A DNA stretch of 64,000 nt from Malacoraja senta (lineage: Eukaryota): assembly GCA_038087875.1 (NCBI GenBank), contig JAXLNO010000264.1:62001-126000 (forward strand), given 5' to 3'. Each line of letters opens with the position of its first letter. The stretch's first letter is position 1. Shown here piece after piece: positions 63,012-64,000 of the stretch. A program made the translations under genes and the position numbers. A model generated the notes under the pieces. The model did not search any database and was not told the origin of the DNA. It worked only from the letters and a program-made list of their open reading frames with translations.

Positions 63012-63562
63012 TAGACAATAGACAATAGACAATAGGTGCAGGAGTAGGCCATTCAACCCTTCAAGCCAGCACTGCCATTCAATATGATCATGGCTGATCA
63101 TCCACAATCAGTACCCCGTTCCTGCCTTCTCACCATATCAACTGACTCTGCTATGTTTAAGAGCTCTATCTAACTCTCTCTTGAAAGCATCCATGGAATT
63201 GGCCTCCACTGCTTTCTGAGGCAGAGAATTCCACAGATTCACAACTCTCTGGGTGAAAAAGTTTTCCCTCATCTCTGTTCTAAATGGCCTACCCCTAATT
63301 CTTAAACCGTGGCCCCTGGTTCTGGATTCCCCCAACATTGGGAACATGTTTCCTGCCTCTAGCGTGTCCAATCCCTTAATAATCTACATGTTTAAATAAG
63401 ATTCCCTCTCATCCTCCTAAATTCCAGAGTATACAAGCCCAGCCGCTCCATTCTATCAACATATGACATTCCCACAATCCCAGGAATTAACCTTGTGAAC
63501 CTATGCTGCACTCCCTCAATAGCAAGAATGTCCTTCCTCAAATTTGGAGACCAAAACTGCAC
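63012..63562 (-). mobile_element. CR1 3' fragment with short tandem tail (agacaat repeats on +)
   Basis: CVQFWSPNLRKDILAIEGVQ...ESRTRGHGLRIRGRPFRTEMRENFFTQRVVNLWNSLP. Confidence 0.9.
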
Positions 63563-64000
63563 ACACGAGTGTTTAATTGCTATATGCACTGAGAATGGAA
63601 CAATTAAATGTTTCCTTGCTGCAGCTTTACAGCACATTAATGCAACAACAAATAAATAAATTGGTAATAACACAAGTATACCAGTAATGCCAAATCAGTG
63701 TTTGTTTACATCTGTGATAAGGAAGAGGAATGCTCTGTGTTTGTGAATTTGAGCTAAACAGTTGTGAAAATATAACATTTATCCTCTTTGTATTTTAGCC
63801 AAATGGAGGAAGAGCTTTGTTTTCTTTTTAAAGACAAAACTGCAATTGATTTGGACATGATATATTGATGCATTGTCTCCCACAGTACTTAGATACTTTG
63901 TATACTTTTCAACACGTACCTGGATAATTTTTTTCTGATATTGAAATTAGTTCACCAATAATTAGCCCAGTGTGATTTGTTGAGGTACAGCTGTAATTCA

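Overview
Repeat-rich vertebrate genomic DNA, most likely from a cartilaginous fish (skate/ray-like), judging by HE1-type V-SINEs, HER1-type CR1 LINEs and elasmobranch-style Penelope-derived repeats. Two host genes are recognisable, both on the + strand and both NFIL3/E4BP4-family bZIP repressors with one coding exon: a divergent 261-aa copy (23381-24166) and a canonical-looking ~346-aa copy (52271-53311), about 28 kb apart. Each has a plausible upstream non-coding first exon and nearby D-box-like motifs. The rest is mostly transposable elements. These include a structurally complete DIRS1-type element (28092-32888) with near-perfect termini/ICR but destroyed ORFs, a nearly intact CR1-group RT unlike the resident CR1s, an IR/DR Tc1 element, a composite hAT element carrying Penelope cargo, nested non-autonomous Helitrons, L2, Rex1 and many CR1 pieces. 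Many short Penelope-derived repeats carry a minimal hammerhead-ribozyme-like core. All family assignments are by eye; no database search was run, and gene orthology and splice sites are inferred.
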